A DNA stretch of 64,000 nt from Pseudomonadota bacterium (lineage in GTDB: Bacteria > Pseudomonadota > Gammaproteobacteria > Acidiferrobacterales > Acidiferrobacteraceae). This document shows positions 9,677-20,277 of this stretch, in pieces (position 1 is the stretch's first letter; every line of letters begins with the position of its first letter). The position numbers and the translations under genes were made by a program. The notes beneath the pieces are model-generated. The model did no database searches and was not told the origin of the DNA. It saw only the letters and a list, made by a program, of their open reading frames with translations. Location of the stretch: NCBI GenBank assembly GCA_021819245.1, contig JAKARI010000007.1:5525-69524 (forward strand), in the 5' to 3' direction.

Positions 9677-11014
9677 ATGGCCGAACAAAGCACGGATATT
9701 CTCATCGTCGGCGGGGGGCCCGCCGGAATGATGACCGGCATGACCGCGGCCCAGTTTGCGCCCCATAAAAAAGTGCTGGTCGTTCGCCCGGAAACCGACG
9801 CGGTGATTCCCTGCGGTATCCCGTACATCTTTGGCACCTTGGGGGGTACGGAGGAGGATATGGCCGGACGCGCGCCGCTCCTGGCCGCCGGCGGCACAAT
9901 CCAGGTAGGGCGCGTCCGATCGGTCGACCGCACGACGCGCACCGCGCACCTGGAGTCGGGAGACCTGATCCACTGGGAGCGGCTGGTGCTCGCCACCGGT
10001 GGCGAGAACTTCATCCCGCCGATTCCCGGAACCGACCTGGAAGGGGTTTTCAGTATCCAGAAAGACTACGATTACCTGGACACTCTCTTCTCCACCCTCA
10101 TCCCCAAGATCCACACCCTCGCCATCATCGGTGGCGGCTTTATTGGCGTGGAGTTTGCCGACGAGATCCGCAAACGAGGGATAGAGGTCCATATCGTCGA
10201 AATGCTGCCCCACCTGATGCAGGCCGCCTTTGACCGGGATGCCTGCGAGGCGGTGGAGAAAAAGCTGCGAGGGCATGGGGTCCACATCCACACCGGTTGC
10301 AAGGTCGAAGCCATCCTGCCCGGACCCGATGGAAAACGCGTCGCGCACGTGCAGATAACCGGCCGGCCGGCGCTTGCCGTCGACGGTATCCTCATCGCCA
10401 TTGGCGTGCGTCCCAATGTCCATCTTGCGAAAGACATGGGACTTACCGTGAACCCCTCTGGCGGCATCTGGGTGGATGCCTACCAGCGCAGCCGGGAGGA
10501 CCCCGCGATCTTTGCAGTCGGCGACTGCGCCCACAAGCAGGATTTTTTTACGCGCAAGGTCAATCATTCCCTGATCGCGTCCCAGGCCGCCGCCGAGGGT
10601 CGAATCGCCGGAATGAATCTCTATGGCCTGCGCGAACTACGCCACAGCACGGGGACCGTCAGTGTCTATGCCAGCGAAATCGACGGCCTGGCCTTCGGTG
10701 TGGCGGGCATGACCCAGCGCCAGGCCGAGGCCGAGGGCTTCCGTATCCTGGCGGGCGAGGCGCGCCTGCCGGATCATCATCCGGCCTCCATGCCCCATAC
10801 CACGGAAATCTATTGCCGCGTCATATTTTCCGCTGATTCCCTGCAGCTCTTGGGCGGGCAGGTCCTGGGCGGCCCCACGACCGGCGAATTGATCAATACC
10901 ATCGGTCTTGCCGTGCAGATGCGGGCGACGGCGCCCGACCTGGCGAGCATGCAGTTCGGCAGTCAGCCGCGTCTCACGCCCCCCCCTGCACCCCCTGATC
11001 GCGGCGACCGGTGA
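9677..11014 (+). CDS. FAD-dependent pyridine nucleotide-disulfide oxidoreductase, single-Cys Nox/Npx/CoADR type
   Basis: Start MAEQSTDILIVGGGPAG (GAAGGAG upstream). Single redox Cys in IPCGIPY, second Rossmann fold IIGGGFIGVE, FAVGDC. The 3' end may be frame-shifted at a C8 run (10979-10986); the alternative stop is at 11060. Confidence 0.75.
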   Translation: MAEQSTDILIVGGGPAGMMTGMTAAQFAPHKKVLVVRPETDAVIPCGIPYIFGTLGGTEEDMAGRAPLLAAGGTIQVGRVRSVDRTTRTAHLESGDLIHWERLVLATGGENFIPPIPGTDLEGVFSIQKDYDYLDTLFSTLIPKIHTLAIIGGGFIGVEFADEIRKRGIEVHIVEMLPHLMQAAFDRDACEAVEKKLRGHGVHIHTGCKVEAILPGPDGKRVAHVQITGRPALAVDGILIAIGVRPNVHLAKDMGLTVNPSGGIWVDAYQRSREDPAIFAVGDCAHKQDFFTRKVNHSLIASQAAAEGRIAGMNLYGLRELRHSTGTVSVYASEIDGLAFGVAGMTQRQAEAEGFRILAGEARLPDHHPASMPHTTEIYCRVIFSADSLQLLGGQVLGGPTTGELINTIGLAVQMRATAPDLASMQFGSQPRLTPPPAPPDRGDR

Positions 11015-11181
11015 TGCCCTCCATCAGCACCATATCGCCCTTCACGCGTGCGCCACATGACTCTGGGGCATACCAGGGCCGTGCGCCCACAAGCCTTCAT
11101 AAAGGCCTTTGCCCACGCGCACGCCGGGCGGCCCGATCTCCTTGGTCCCGCAACCCCCTCCCGTCACTCCCAGGGGCGCCC

Positions 11182-12498
11182 ATGAGCACGGAAATCACAC
11201 ACGCCATCGCCCGGGACATTCTGGATTCGCGCGGCACTCCCACCGTTGACGTCGCGATTCTTCTCGCCGGCGGCCGGCGTGCCCGGGCCACCGTACCGTC
11301 CGGTGCGTCAACGGGCAGCCAAGAAGCCGTCGCCTTACGCGACGGCGACCCCGGACATTTCGGCGGCACAGGGGTACTGCGGGCGATTCGCAACATAACC
11401 GACATCCTAGGGCCGAATCTCCAGGATCCGGACGCCCGGAACCGGAAAGCCATAGACGACGCAGTAATCCGAACGGATGGAACCGACAACAAAAGCCGCC
11501 TGGGGGCCAATGCGATTCTCGGCGTGTCGATGGCCTGCGCCAAAGCGGCCGCGGACGCGTCCAATCTGCCTGTGTATGCCTACCGGGGAGGGCCCGGCCC
11601 AACCCGGCTCCCGATCCCGTGTTTCAATGTGCTCAATGGCGGCGTCCATGCCCATCGGCAGGGGGCCGATTTTCAGGAATGCCGGCAGGTCCCCTATGGG
11701 GCCGGGGGCTTTCGTGAGGCCCTGAACTGGGGGACCGAGGTCTCCCATGCCCTTCGAGCCGAACCCCTGGCCAGACACCTTTCCGTGGGCGTCGGTGACG
11801 AGGGCGGGTTCGCCCCCGCCGTCGGGTCCAATCAGCAATCCTATGATCTTCCGGCGGCCGCCCTATCCCGTGCCGGTCTCACCCCGGGCAAGGGCTGCGG
11901 AATCGCTATCGATGCCGCCTCTTCGGGGTGTTTCAAGGGGGGCGCATGCCGCCTGCGCACGGAGGGGCGGGCGCTTACGAACGCGGACATGGTCACCGAC
12001 TACGAGGAGATGGTCCGGAACGGCCCGGCGGTGCTGCGGGAGGATGGGCTTTCCGAGGACGACCGGAATGGTTGGAGACATCTGAACGCGGCGCTCGGCG
12101 CCTCGATAGAGCTGGCAGGTGGTGATAGTTTCTGTACCCACCCCCGGATCATGGCCCGGGGCATCCGCGACAATATCGCCAACGCGGTCCTCATCACGCG
12201 CAATCAGATCGGGACCGTCTCGGAAACCCTGGCGGCCGCGCGCCTGACGCAATGTCATCATGGGGCGTCTGCGTCTCGCGCCGCTTTGGAGAGACGACAG
12301 ACGACTTCATCGCCGATCTCGCCGTGGCCCTGGATTGTGGCCCCATCAAGGCCGGCGCCCCGGCCAGGGGGGGGACGAGTCGCCAAATATAACCCGCTTC
12401 TCCGCATCGAAGAGCAACTCGGCACCGCAGCAGGCTGCGCGGGAAGACCGGCCTGTGTTCGCCCTGTACGCACGCCATTGGGAGGTCACTCATCATGA
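11182..12498 (+). pseudogene. enolase paralog, degenerate and frame-disrupted
   Basis: N-terminus is clearly enolase (ILDSRGTPTVDV, PSGASTGSQEAVALRDGD, VGDEGGFAP). The SHRSGET..IKTG block is only readable in another frame (about 12252-12375: [33 protein letters not shown]). It returns to frame at a G8 run ([16 protein letters not shown]). Catalytic residues are replaced. See finding. Confidence 0.7.
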
Positions 12499-15023
12499 CG
12501 GCAAGCACCTGTTACCTTCTGCCCAATATCCCGGATTCCTTGGCGGGCCTCGTGGAGCTCGCCACCGACCTGCGGTGGTCATGGAGCCATCAGCACGATG
12601 CCTTATGGACACAAATCGACGCGCAGACCTGGGAGCAAACGCGCAACCCATGGCTTTTGCTGCAAAACCTGTCCCACGCCCACGTACAAAAACTCGCGCG
12701 CAGCCGGAAGTTCATTCGCAACCTTTCCGACCTCCTTGCCCGGCATCGGACGGCCCTTCAGGAGCCGGCCTGGTTTCAGAGGGAATACCCTGCGCCGCCG
12801 TTCTCTTCGGTCGCCTATTTCAGTATGGAATTTGGTTTGTCCGAGGCGCTTCCCATATATTCCGGCGGGCTCGGAATCCTGGCGGGAGACGTGCTCAAAA
12901 CCGCGCACGACCTCGGCCTTCCGATGGTCGGCGTCGGCATACTCTGGCAGCAGGGATACTTTCGCCAAACCCTGGATGATGCCGGGCGCCAAAACGAACT
13001 GTTCCCCTACAACGATCCCACGCAGTTACCCGTGAGCCCGGCAGTCGATCCGCAGGGCGATTGGATCCGGGTGGAGATCCCGCTCCCGGGACGCACGCTC
13101 TTTCTTCGCGCCTGGAAGGCGCAAATCGGCAGAATCCCTCTCTACCTCCTCGATAGCAACGATCCCTTCAATGCGCCCGCCGACCGGGGCATTACCACCG
13201 AGCTCTACGGCGGCGGACCCGAAAGAAGGCTGCAACAGGAGCTCTGCCTGGGGATCGGGGGATGGCGCCTTTTGCAAAAACTCGCGCTATCTCCCGATCT
13301 TTGCCACCTCAATGAAGGGCATGCCGCGTTCGCGATCCTGGCCCGCGCCCGCAGTTTTCAGATCGAGCACCAAGGCCCCCTGCACACTGCGCTGCTCGCC
13401 ACGCGTCCCGGAAATATCTTCACGACTCACACCCCCGTTGCCGCAGGCTTCGACCGTTTTCCTCCCGAACTGCTAGGACGTTATGCCGCGCATTCGCCGG
13501 AGCTCTTCGGGGCATCTCCGGAGGAGATCCTCCCCTTGGGACGCAGCAACCCATCGGATCCCCATGAGCCCTTCAATATGGCATGGCTTGCGATCCATGG
13601 GAGCGGCATCGTCAATGGCGTAAGCCAGCTGCATGGGGCTGTGAGCCGTCGGCTCTTTCAATCACTCTTCCCCCGCTGGCCGGAGGCAGAGATCCCTGTG
13701 ACATCGGTCACGAACGGCGTGCATGTCCCATCCTGGGATTCGCAGCAAGCCGATGACCTGTGGACGACCTACTGCGGGAAATCACGCTGGCTCGGCAGTC
13801 TGGATACCATCGAAAACGATCTGCGCAAGGCCCCCGATGACGTCCTCTGGCAGGTGCGAAGGACGGGACGGGCCGCGCTCGTGCACTTTGCGCGGGAAAA
13901 ACTGAAGAGACGCCTGGCCAATGCCCTGGCCTCTGCGGATCAAATCGCGCAGGCGGATTCCGTGCTGGATCCGGAGCGATTTACCATGGGTTTCGCGCGT
14001 CGGTTCACGGACTACAAGCGCCCCAATCTTTTGCTCCAGGATTCGGAACGCCTCTACCGGCTACTCACGAACGCCCAGCGCCCCGTCCAGATGATCCTTG
14101 CCGGAAAGGCCCACCCGGCCGATGAGCCCGGCAAGCTTATGATTCAACAGTGGACCCAGTTTATTATGGAGCACCCGGATCTTGCGTCCCACATCGTCTT
14201 TATCGACGACTACGACATGCAGGTCGCGGGCGAACTGGTTCGTGGGGTAGACCTCTGGATCAATACCCCCCGCCGCCCGTGGGAGGCCAGTGGCACAAGC
14301 GGCATGAAGGTGCTGGTCAACGGCGGCATCAATGTCTCCGAACTCGACGGCTGGTGGGCCGAGGCCTACCAGCCCGTCGTCGGGTGGGCTATTGGCGACG
14401 GCGGTGAACATGGCACCGACCTGGCCTGGGACCACCACGAGGCGGAGCAGCTTTATACCATCCTAGAACAGGAGATCATCCCTGATTTTTATGACCGGCA
14501 ATCCCACGACGGCTGCCCCCGATCCTGGACCAATCGCATGCGCGAAAGCATGGCGAGACTCACGCCGCAATACAGCAGCAATCGGATGCTCCGTGAATAC
14601 CTCGAAAAACTCTACCTGCCTGCGGCGGCCAGTCTCGCCAAACGGCAAGCCAAAGACGCGCTGTCGAATATCGTGGTCTGGGAACAAACCCTCAGGACCC
14701 ATTGGCAGGACCTGAGTTTTCGAACCGTAGAAACCCGCGCGACGGAAGGCGAGATTCACTTCGTCCTGACCGCCAAGCTGGGGCCCATACCGCCGGATTC
14801 CATACGGGTCCAGCTCTTTGCAAACGGCCTTCGCAGCGATGCGCCGGAGATCCACGTCATGACGCTGCAGGCCGGCGAAGGCATCCCGCAGGGGGGCGAA
14901 TATCGTTATGCGGCCATCATTAAAACCAACCGGCCGGCGGCAGACTACACTCCGCGCATCATTCCCTACCATCCGGGCGTCTCTGTTCCGATCGAGTGCG
15001 GGCACATCTTGTGGTACCGGTAG
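12495..15023 (+). CDS. glgP: alpha-glucan (glycogen/maltodextrin) phosphorylase, GT35
   Basis: 842 aa. PLP-lysine motif EASGTSGMKVLVNGG. ATGA overlap with the enolase-like ORF stop. Confidence 0.9.
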   Translation: MTASTCYLLPNIPDSLAGLVELATDLRWSWSHQHDALWTQIDAQTWEQTRNPWLLLQNLSHAHVQKLARSRKFIRNLSDLLARHRTALQEPAWFQREYPAPPFSSVAYFSMEFGLSEALPIYSGGLGILAGDVLKTAHDLGLPMVGVGILWQQGYFRQTLDDAGRQNELFPYNDPTQLPVSPAVDPQGDWIRVEIPLPGRTLFLRAWKAQIGRIPLYLLDSNDPFNAPADRGITTELYGGGPERRLQQELCLGIGGWRLLQKLALSPDLCHLNEGHAAFAILARARSFQIEHQGPLHTALLATRPGNIFTTHTPVAAGFDRFPPELLGRYAAHSPELFGASPEEILPLGRSNPSDPHEPFNMAWLAIHGSGIVNGVSQLHGAVSRRLFQSLFPRWPEAEIPVTSVTNGVHVPSWDSQQADDLWTTYCGKSRWLGSLDTIENDLRKAPDDVLWQVRRTGRAALVHFAREKLKRRLANALASADQIAQADSVLDPERFTMGFARRFTDYKRPNLLLQDSERLYRLLTNAQRPVQMILAGKAHPADEPGKLMIQQWTQFIMEHPDLASHIVFIDDYDMQVAGELVRGVDLWINTPRRPWEASGTSGMKVLVNGGINVSELDGWWAEAYQPVVGWAIGDGGEHGTDLAWDHHEAEQLYTILEQEIIPDFYDRQSHDGCPRSWTNRMRESMARLTPQYSSNRMLREYLEKLYLPAAASLAKRQAKDALSNIVVWEQTLRTHWQDLSFRTVETRATEGEIHFVLTAKLGPIPPDSIRVQLFANGLRSDAPEIHVMTLQAGEGIPQGGEYRYAAIIKTNRPAADYTPRIIPYHPGVSVPIECGHILWYR

Positions 15024-15283
15024 GCACATCGATGAGTACGGGTTCGCCCCCGGATCTCCAGCATCTCCGGCGGGCAGGGCCTGCATGCGGCGCATGGACA
15101 TCGTCTCAGTCCGAGGCGGTGGCCCGGACGGATATGCGCCATGCCATACCCGCGCGCGCATTGCGGCGCGCCGCGCGCTGTAGTTTGTCATGGGGCCGTT
15201 ACACCTCGCCCGCACATGAGGGTGGTTATCCGGCTCTAAGGGTCGTCGAGCGGATGGGATCACGGACGAGGCCGTACGGGGAC

Positions 15284-15303
15284 GGGGACACTTAAGCGTC
15301 CCC
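15284..15303. terminator. weak hairpin between convergent glgP and malQ
   Basis: GGGGAC-ACTTAAGC-GTCCCC (6-bp stem). No clear U-tract on either strand. Confidence 0.25.
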
Positions 15304-15317
15304 GCCTCAAAAACCAT

Positions 15318-16811
15318 TTAGCCGGCCGGACGCGCCCGCCCGTACAGAAAGGCCAGATGCGCCAGTCGCGCAAGGGTGCCGTCGGGTACATCCTCCCATC
15401 GAAATCGAAATCTCCAGTTACCTGCGGACATCCCGGGGGTATTCATGCGCGCGTCGCTACCGAGACCCAAGACGTCCTGCCAGGGGATCACCGCGAAACG
15501 CGCGACCGAGGCGGTCACCGTGCGCAGCATCGCCCATGCCGGGTCAGCCTCGGCGTCCGGAAGATAGTCGCGCACGATGGCGCGCGCTCGCGCATCGAGC
15601 GCGCCATACCAGCCGCTCGTGGTATCGTTGTCATGTGTGCCGGTATAGGCCACGCTGTTTGTCGCATAGTTATGCGGCAGATGGGGACTGTGCGGATCAC
15701 CGTCGAAACCAAACTGCAAGACGCGCATGCCCGGCAGGTCGTAGCGGTCGCGCAGGGCCAGCACGTCGTCGGTGATGATTCCGAGGTCTTCGGCTATGAG
15801 CGGCAGATCCCCGAGCGCATCTTCCAGGGCCGCGAGCAAGGCGTCCCCCGGCACAGCCATCCACTGGCCGCTCGCCGCGGTCTGTGCCGCGGCGGGGATC
15901 GCCCACGCGGCGACAAACCCCCGGAAGTGGTCTATGCGCAACCAGTCGAAGAGCTCGCGCTGGGTCATCACCCTCTTGCGCCACCAGGCAAAGCCATCGG
16001 CGGCCATGTGTTCCCACCGGTAATGCGGATTGCCCCAGCGCTGGCCTTGCGCCGAGAAGTAGTCGGGCGGCACGCCCGCCACGATCTCCGGGTGCCCATC
16101 GGCATTCAAGACAAACAGTTCGCGATGCGCCCAGACGTCGGCGCTGTCTTCGGCCATGAACATCGGCATGTCCCCGAAAAACCGGACACCGCGCGATGAG
16201 GCATAGTCTCGAAGCGCTTGCCACTGCTGGAAAAAGATGAATTGGGCGAATGCCGCCACGGCGCAGGCCCTCGATTGCGCATACCGGGCAAGGACCTGGG
16301 CGTCGCGATCCCGAAGCGCGGCCGGCCACTGCCACCAGGGTGCCCCGCCCTGCTCGGCCCTCACGCACTCGAAGATGCAATAATCGGTCAGCCATTCATG
16401 ATGCCGGGCCTGAAAGTCCGCCCATTGTGCCTGCCAAGCGGCCCCCGCCGTTTCCACAAAACGGCTATAGGCCGACTGCAGCAACGCCGGCCGCGCCGAT
16501 ACGTCGATCATCGCCGCCTGCGCCGCGCCCCTATCGACGAGGCCGTGCAAGGCGAGATCCGGGAGATCGATGAAACCGGGGTCTCCCGCATGCGCCGACA
16601 GGCTGTTGTAGGGTGAACCGCCCGCCGGGGGGCCGAGCGGCAGGACCTGCCAGACGCTCGCCCCGGCCGATGCCAGGACGTCTACGAAGCGGCGCGCATC
16701 GGGTCCAAGCGTCCCATGTGGGCCATCCCCCGGTAGGGAACTGAGGTGAAGCAAGACCCCCAGACGCCGGCGGTCCAGCACCGGTACGCGGCGCGGCCGC
16801 CGATCCATCAT
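15318..16811 (-). CDS. malQ: 4-alpha-glucanotransferase (amylomaltase, GH77)
   Basis: 497 aa. LRIDHFRGF, PLIAEDLGIITDDV and YTGTHDNDT motifs. Confidence 0.9.
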   Translation of the reverse strand: MMDRRPRRVPVLDRRRLGVLLHLSSLPGDGPHGTLGPDARRFVDVLASAGASVWQVLPLGPPAGGSPYNSLSAHAGDPGFIDLPDLALHGLVDRGAAQAAMIDVSARPALLQSAYSRFVETAGAAWQAQWADFQARHHEWLTDYCIFECVRAEQGGAPWWQWPAALRDRDAQVLARYAQSRACAVAAFAQFIFFQQWQALRDYASSRGVRFFGDMPMFMAEDSADVWAHRELFVLNADGHPEIVAGVPPDYFSAQGQRWGNPHYRWEHMAADGFAWWRKRVMTQRELFDWLRIDHFRGFVAAWAIPAAAQTAASGQWMAVPGDALLAALEDALGDLPLIAEDLGIITDDVLALRDRYDLPGMRVLQFGFDGDPHSPHLPHNYATNSVAYTGTHDNDTTSGWYGALDARARAIVRDYLPDAEADPAWAMLRTVTASVARFAVIPWQDVLGLGSDARMNTPGMSAGNWRFRFRWEDVPDGTLARLAHLAFLYGRARPAG

Positions 16812-17075
16812 GCCGTCCCGGCTCGGCGCATGGCGGCGGCGCGCCCGTCATCAGGGTCCGCGCACGGCCCCCTGGACGTCCGCTGACCACCCGGCGCGGG
16901 ACACCCCCTCACGGCGTCATGACGGCCGGCGATCGCCTGGCGCTCGAAGTCCCATGCCACACCACCACGATCCGTGAGGGCGCGAAGGGCCATCCGCGGC
17001 CGCCCGCAGTCGCCGTCGAATGGCCCCCGGACCCGCGGCTCGTGCCTAGGCCGGCGCACGGGGGAATTCGAGGGC

Positions 17076-18341
17076 TCATCGCGCATGATGCAATTCCTGG
17101 CCGAGCATCTCCGGGGTCACGACCACCACACCCCCCGGCGTCACATGGTAGCGGCGCGCGTCCTCCTCATCATCCCATCCTATGATGCTGCCCTCAGGTA
17201 TGCGGCACCCCTTGTCGATGATCGCGCGTCGGATACGGCAATAACGGCCGATGTCGCCACTGCCCATGAGCACAGAATCCTCCACCTCGGCGTAGGAGTG
17301 CACATGCATCGCCGAAAACAGCAACGAGTGGCGGATGCTGGCCCCGGAGATCACGCAACCCCCGGACACCATGGAATCAACCGCCATGCCCCGGCGGCCG
17401 TCATCATCATCGAACACGAACTTGGCCGGCGGATGCTGTTCCTGATAGGTCCATATGGGCCAGGCGGTATCGTACAGGTTGAGCTCCGGGGTCACGCCGA
17501 TCAGCTCCATGTTGGCCTCCCAGTAGGCATCGAGCGTCCCGACGTCCCGCCAATAGGCCGACTGGGCACCGCCGTCGCCCGAGAAGGCATAGGCCATGAC
17601 CCGGTAACGCCCTATGACCCCGGGGATCACGTTATGCCCGAAATCGTGGCGCGAGGCGCGGGTATCGGCATCCTTGACCAGCTGCTCATAAAGAAAGGGG
17701 GCGCTAAACACATAAATGCCCATGGACGCCAACGTCGTGCGCCCACCCGGGACCGTCGGCTCCGGATGGGCCGGCTTTTCGTCAAAGCGCACGATGCGCC
17801 CGGTATCATCGGTGGCCATCACCCCGAAATCGCTGGCGCGCTCGATCGGGACATGCACACAGCCCACGGTGAGATCCGCGCCGGTACGCGCGTGATAGGC
17901 GATCATCGGCCCGTAATCCATCTTGTAGACATGGTCGCCGGCCAGAATCAGCACATAATCCGGGTCATGATTGCGCACGATATCGAGGTTCTGATAGACC
18001 GCGTCGGCGGTGCCCGCATACCACGAGGATTCGATGCGCTGTTGCGCCGGCAAGAGCTCCACGAACTCCCCAAAGTCACCCCGCAACGTCCCCCAGCCCT
18101 TCTGAATATGATGAATGAGGGAGTGGGCCTTGTATTGGGTCAGCACCCCGATACGGCGAATCCCGGAGTTGACGCAGTTCGACAACGGGAAATCAATGAC
18201 GCGAAACTTGCCTCCAAACGGCACCGCCGGTTTCGCGCGCCACATGGTCAGGTGCTTTAACCGCGACCCGCGCCCGCCCGCAAGGACCAAGGCCAGGGTA
18301 TTGCGCGTGAGCTGATTTACGAATCTGGGTGCCTGATCCAT
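17076..18341 (-). CDS. glgC: glucose-1-phosphate adenylyltransferase
   Basis: 421 aa. LAGGRGSRLKHLT nucleotide loop, PFGGKFRVIDFPLSNC, left-handed beta-helix C-terminus. Confidence 0.92.
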   Translation of the reverse strand: MDQAPRFVNQLTRNTLALVLAGGRGSRLKHLTMWRAKPAVPFGGKFRVIDFPLSNCVNSGIRRIGVLTQYKAHSLIHHIQKGWGTLRGDFGEFVELLPAQQRIESSWYAGTADAVYQNLDIVRNHDPDYVLILAGDHVYKMDYGPMIAYHARTGADLTVGCVHVPIERASDFGVMATDDTGRIVRFDEKPAHPEPTVPGGRTTLASMGIYVFSAPFLYEQLVKDADTRASRHDFGHNVIPGVIGRYRVMAYAFSGDGGAQSAYWRDVGTLDAYWEANMELIGVTPELNLYDTAWPIWTYQEQHPPAKFVFDDDDGRRGMAVDSMVSGGCVISGASIRHSLLFSAMHVHSYAEVEDSVLMGSGDIGRYCRIRRAIIDKGCRIPEGSIIGWDDEEDARRYHVTPGGVVVVTPEMLGQELHHAR

Positions 18342-18456
18342 CGGTAACGCTTCCTCGTTGCGATAAGTATCCCCGTCCTGCAGGCCGGTGATCGCCCGGC
18401 CTGCGCGGCCCGGCCGCCTTCACCACACCCACGCCCTGGGCACGCCGCGCCAGACC

Positions 18457-20172
18457 TTAGGCGCGGTGCGCCAGATAGCGGCCGATCAGCGCACGGGTCG
18501 AGCTGTCGTGCGCGCTGCCTGCGGCACCGCTTCCGATCTCGAAGGCAATACGCCGCGCCAGGACCTTGCCGAGCTCGACCCCCCACTGGTCGAAGGAGTC
18601 GATGCCCCACACGACACCCTGAGTAAACACGCTATGCTCGTAGAGTGCGATGAGCGCACCCAGCACGCGCGGGGTCAGAGCCTGCGCCAAAATGATCGTC
18701 GTCGGACGATTGCCTTCGCATGTCCGATAGGGGATCTGGGCCGCCGGTACCCCCTCTGCGGCAAGCTCTGCCGCCCCGCGCCCGAAGGCCAGGGCCTCGG
18801 CCTGCGCCAAGAGATTGGCCACCAAAAGATCGTGGTGGTGCGCAAGACCCGCGCGCGAGCGGCAAAACCCGATGAGGTCGCACGGGATGATCTTGGTGCC
18901 CTGATGCAGCAGTTGGTAGAACGAATGCTGGGCATCGACCCCGGGCTCGCCCCACACAATCGCCCCGGTCTGATAGCTCACCGGCCGGCCAGCGAGATCG
19001 ACGTGCTTGCCGTTACTCTCCATCTGCAGCTGCTCGAGATAGGCCGGCAGGCGCGCCAGGCCATGCGCGTACGGCAGTATCGCCTGCGTCTCCATCCCGA
19101 AGAAATTGTTGTACCACACCGCCAAAAGCCCCAGGAGCACCGGCAGGTTGCGTGCAAGCGGCGCGGTCTGAAAATGCTCATCCATGTCGCGAAACCCCGC
19201 GAGCATCTCCCGAAACTGCGTCGGCCCGATGGCGATCATCAATGACAGGCCGACCGCCGATCCCACAGAGTAGCGCCCCCCCACCCAATCCCAGAACACG
19301 AACATGTGGGCGGCATCGATGCCGAAACGCGCCACCTCCGCCGCATTGGTCGAGACCGCGACGAAATGCGAGGCCACCGCCGCCTCGCTGCCCAGTCCCG
19401 CCACGCACCACGCGCGCGCGCTGCGGGCATTGGTCATGGTCTCCTCGGTGGTAAACGTCTTGGAGCACACGATAAAGAGGGTCTCGGCGGGGTCAAGATC
19501 CGCGGTCGCATCACGCAAGGCCTCGCCGTCTATATTGGCCACGAAGCGCACGGCGATCGTGGGATCAGCGAAGGGCCGCAGGGCCTCGCAAGCCATGTCC
19601 GGCCCGAGATAGGAGCCGCCGATGCCGATATTGATCACGGTGCGGATGCGCTTGCCGGTGTAGCCAGTCCAGGTGCCGCAACGCACCTTGTCGGCAAATG
19701 CCGCCATCTGCCGCAAGACCTCATGGACCGGGCCCACCACATCGCGGCCATCGACTGGGATCTTGACCCCATGAGGGGCACGCAGCGCCACATGCAGGAC
19801 CGGCCGGTCCTCCGTGATGTTGATAGGCTCGCCCCGAAACATGGCATCGCGTCTGGCCTCAAGCCCGCATGCGCGGGCGAGCTCGCACAAAAGCCCCAGG
19901 GTCTCGCGCGTCACGCGATTTTTGGAATAGTCGAGATAGAGTCCGGCACCCTCGGCGGCAAGCGCCGTGCCGCGATCGGGATCGGCCTCGAAGAGCGCGT
20001 GCAAGGTCAGGCCCTTGACGGCCGCGAAGTGGTCCTCGAGGGCCCGCCAGGCCGGGCTTTGCGTAAGCGCCGCACCCGCCGCCCCGGGGCCTTGGGCACC
20101 GTTACCGCGCGCTCTGTCCAATCGATCGTCCACGATCGCCCCCCTCTCGCCGCGGACGCTTTCTGCCGTCAT
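18457..20172 (-). CDS. pgi: glucose-6-phosphate isomerase
   Basis: 571 aa. [13 protein letters not shown] and [14 protein letters not shown] signatures. Exact start uncertain. Confidence 0.9.
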   Translation of the reverse strand: MTAESVRGERGAIVDDRLDRARGNGAQGPGAAGAALTQSPAWRALEDHFAAVKGLTLHALFEADPDRGTALAAEGAGLYLDYSKNRVTRETLGLLCELARACGLEARRDAMFRGEPINITEDRPVLHVALRAPHGVKIPVDGRDVVGPVHEVLRQMAAFADKVRCGTWTGYTGKRIRTVINIGIGGSYLGPDMACEALRPFADPTIAVRFVANIDGEALRDATADLDPAETLFIVCSKTFTTEETMTNARSARAWCVAGLGSEAAVASHFVAVSTNAAEVARFGIDAAHMFVFWDWVGGRYSVGSAVGLSLMIAIGPTQFREMLAGFRDMDEHFQTAPLARNLPVLLGLLAVWYNNFFGMETQAILPYAHGLARLPAYLEQLQMESNGKHVDLAGRPVSYQTGAIVWGEPGVDAQHSFYQLLHQGTKIIPCDLIGFCRSRAGLAHHHDLLVANLLAQAEALAFGRGAAELAAEGVPAAQIPYRTCEGNRPTTIILAQALTPRVLGALIALYEHSVFTQGVVWGIDSFDQWGVELGKVLARRIAFEIGSGAAGSAHDSSTRALIGRYLAHRA

Positions 20173-20277
20173 CCGCTGACCACGTCTCGTCCCGCGACAC
20201 GCCCTTGCAAATCGCTGCGGCTCCGAGCAAGACCCTAACGCGCCTTCATGATCGGCGCAAGCCCCCGCCCGGCGCCC

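Noticed and set aside
12260-12979. 239-aa ORF spanning the enolase-like/glgP junction.
   Set aside because: It is out of frame relative to both recognisable genes and is Arg-rich with no motifs. The third frame, not this one, carries the displaced enolase block.
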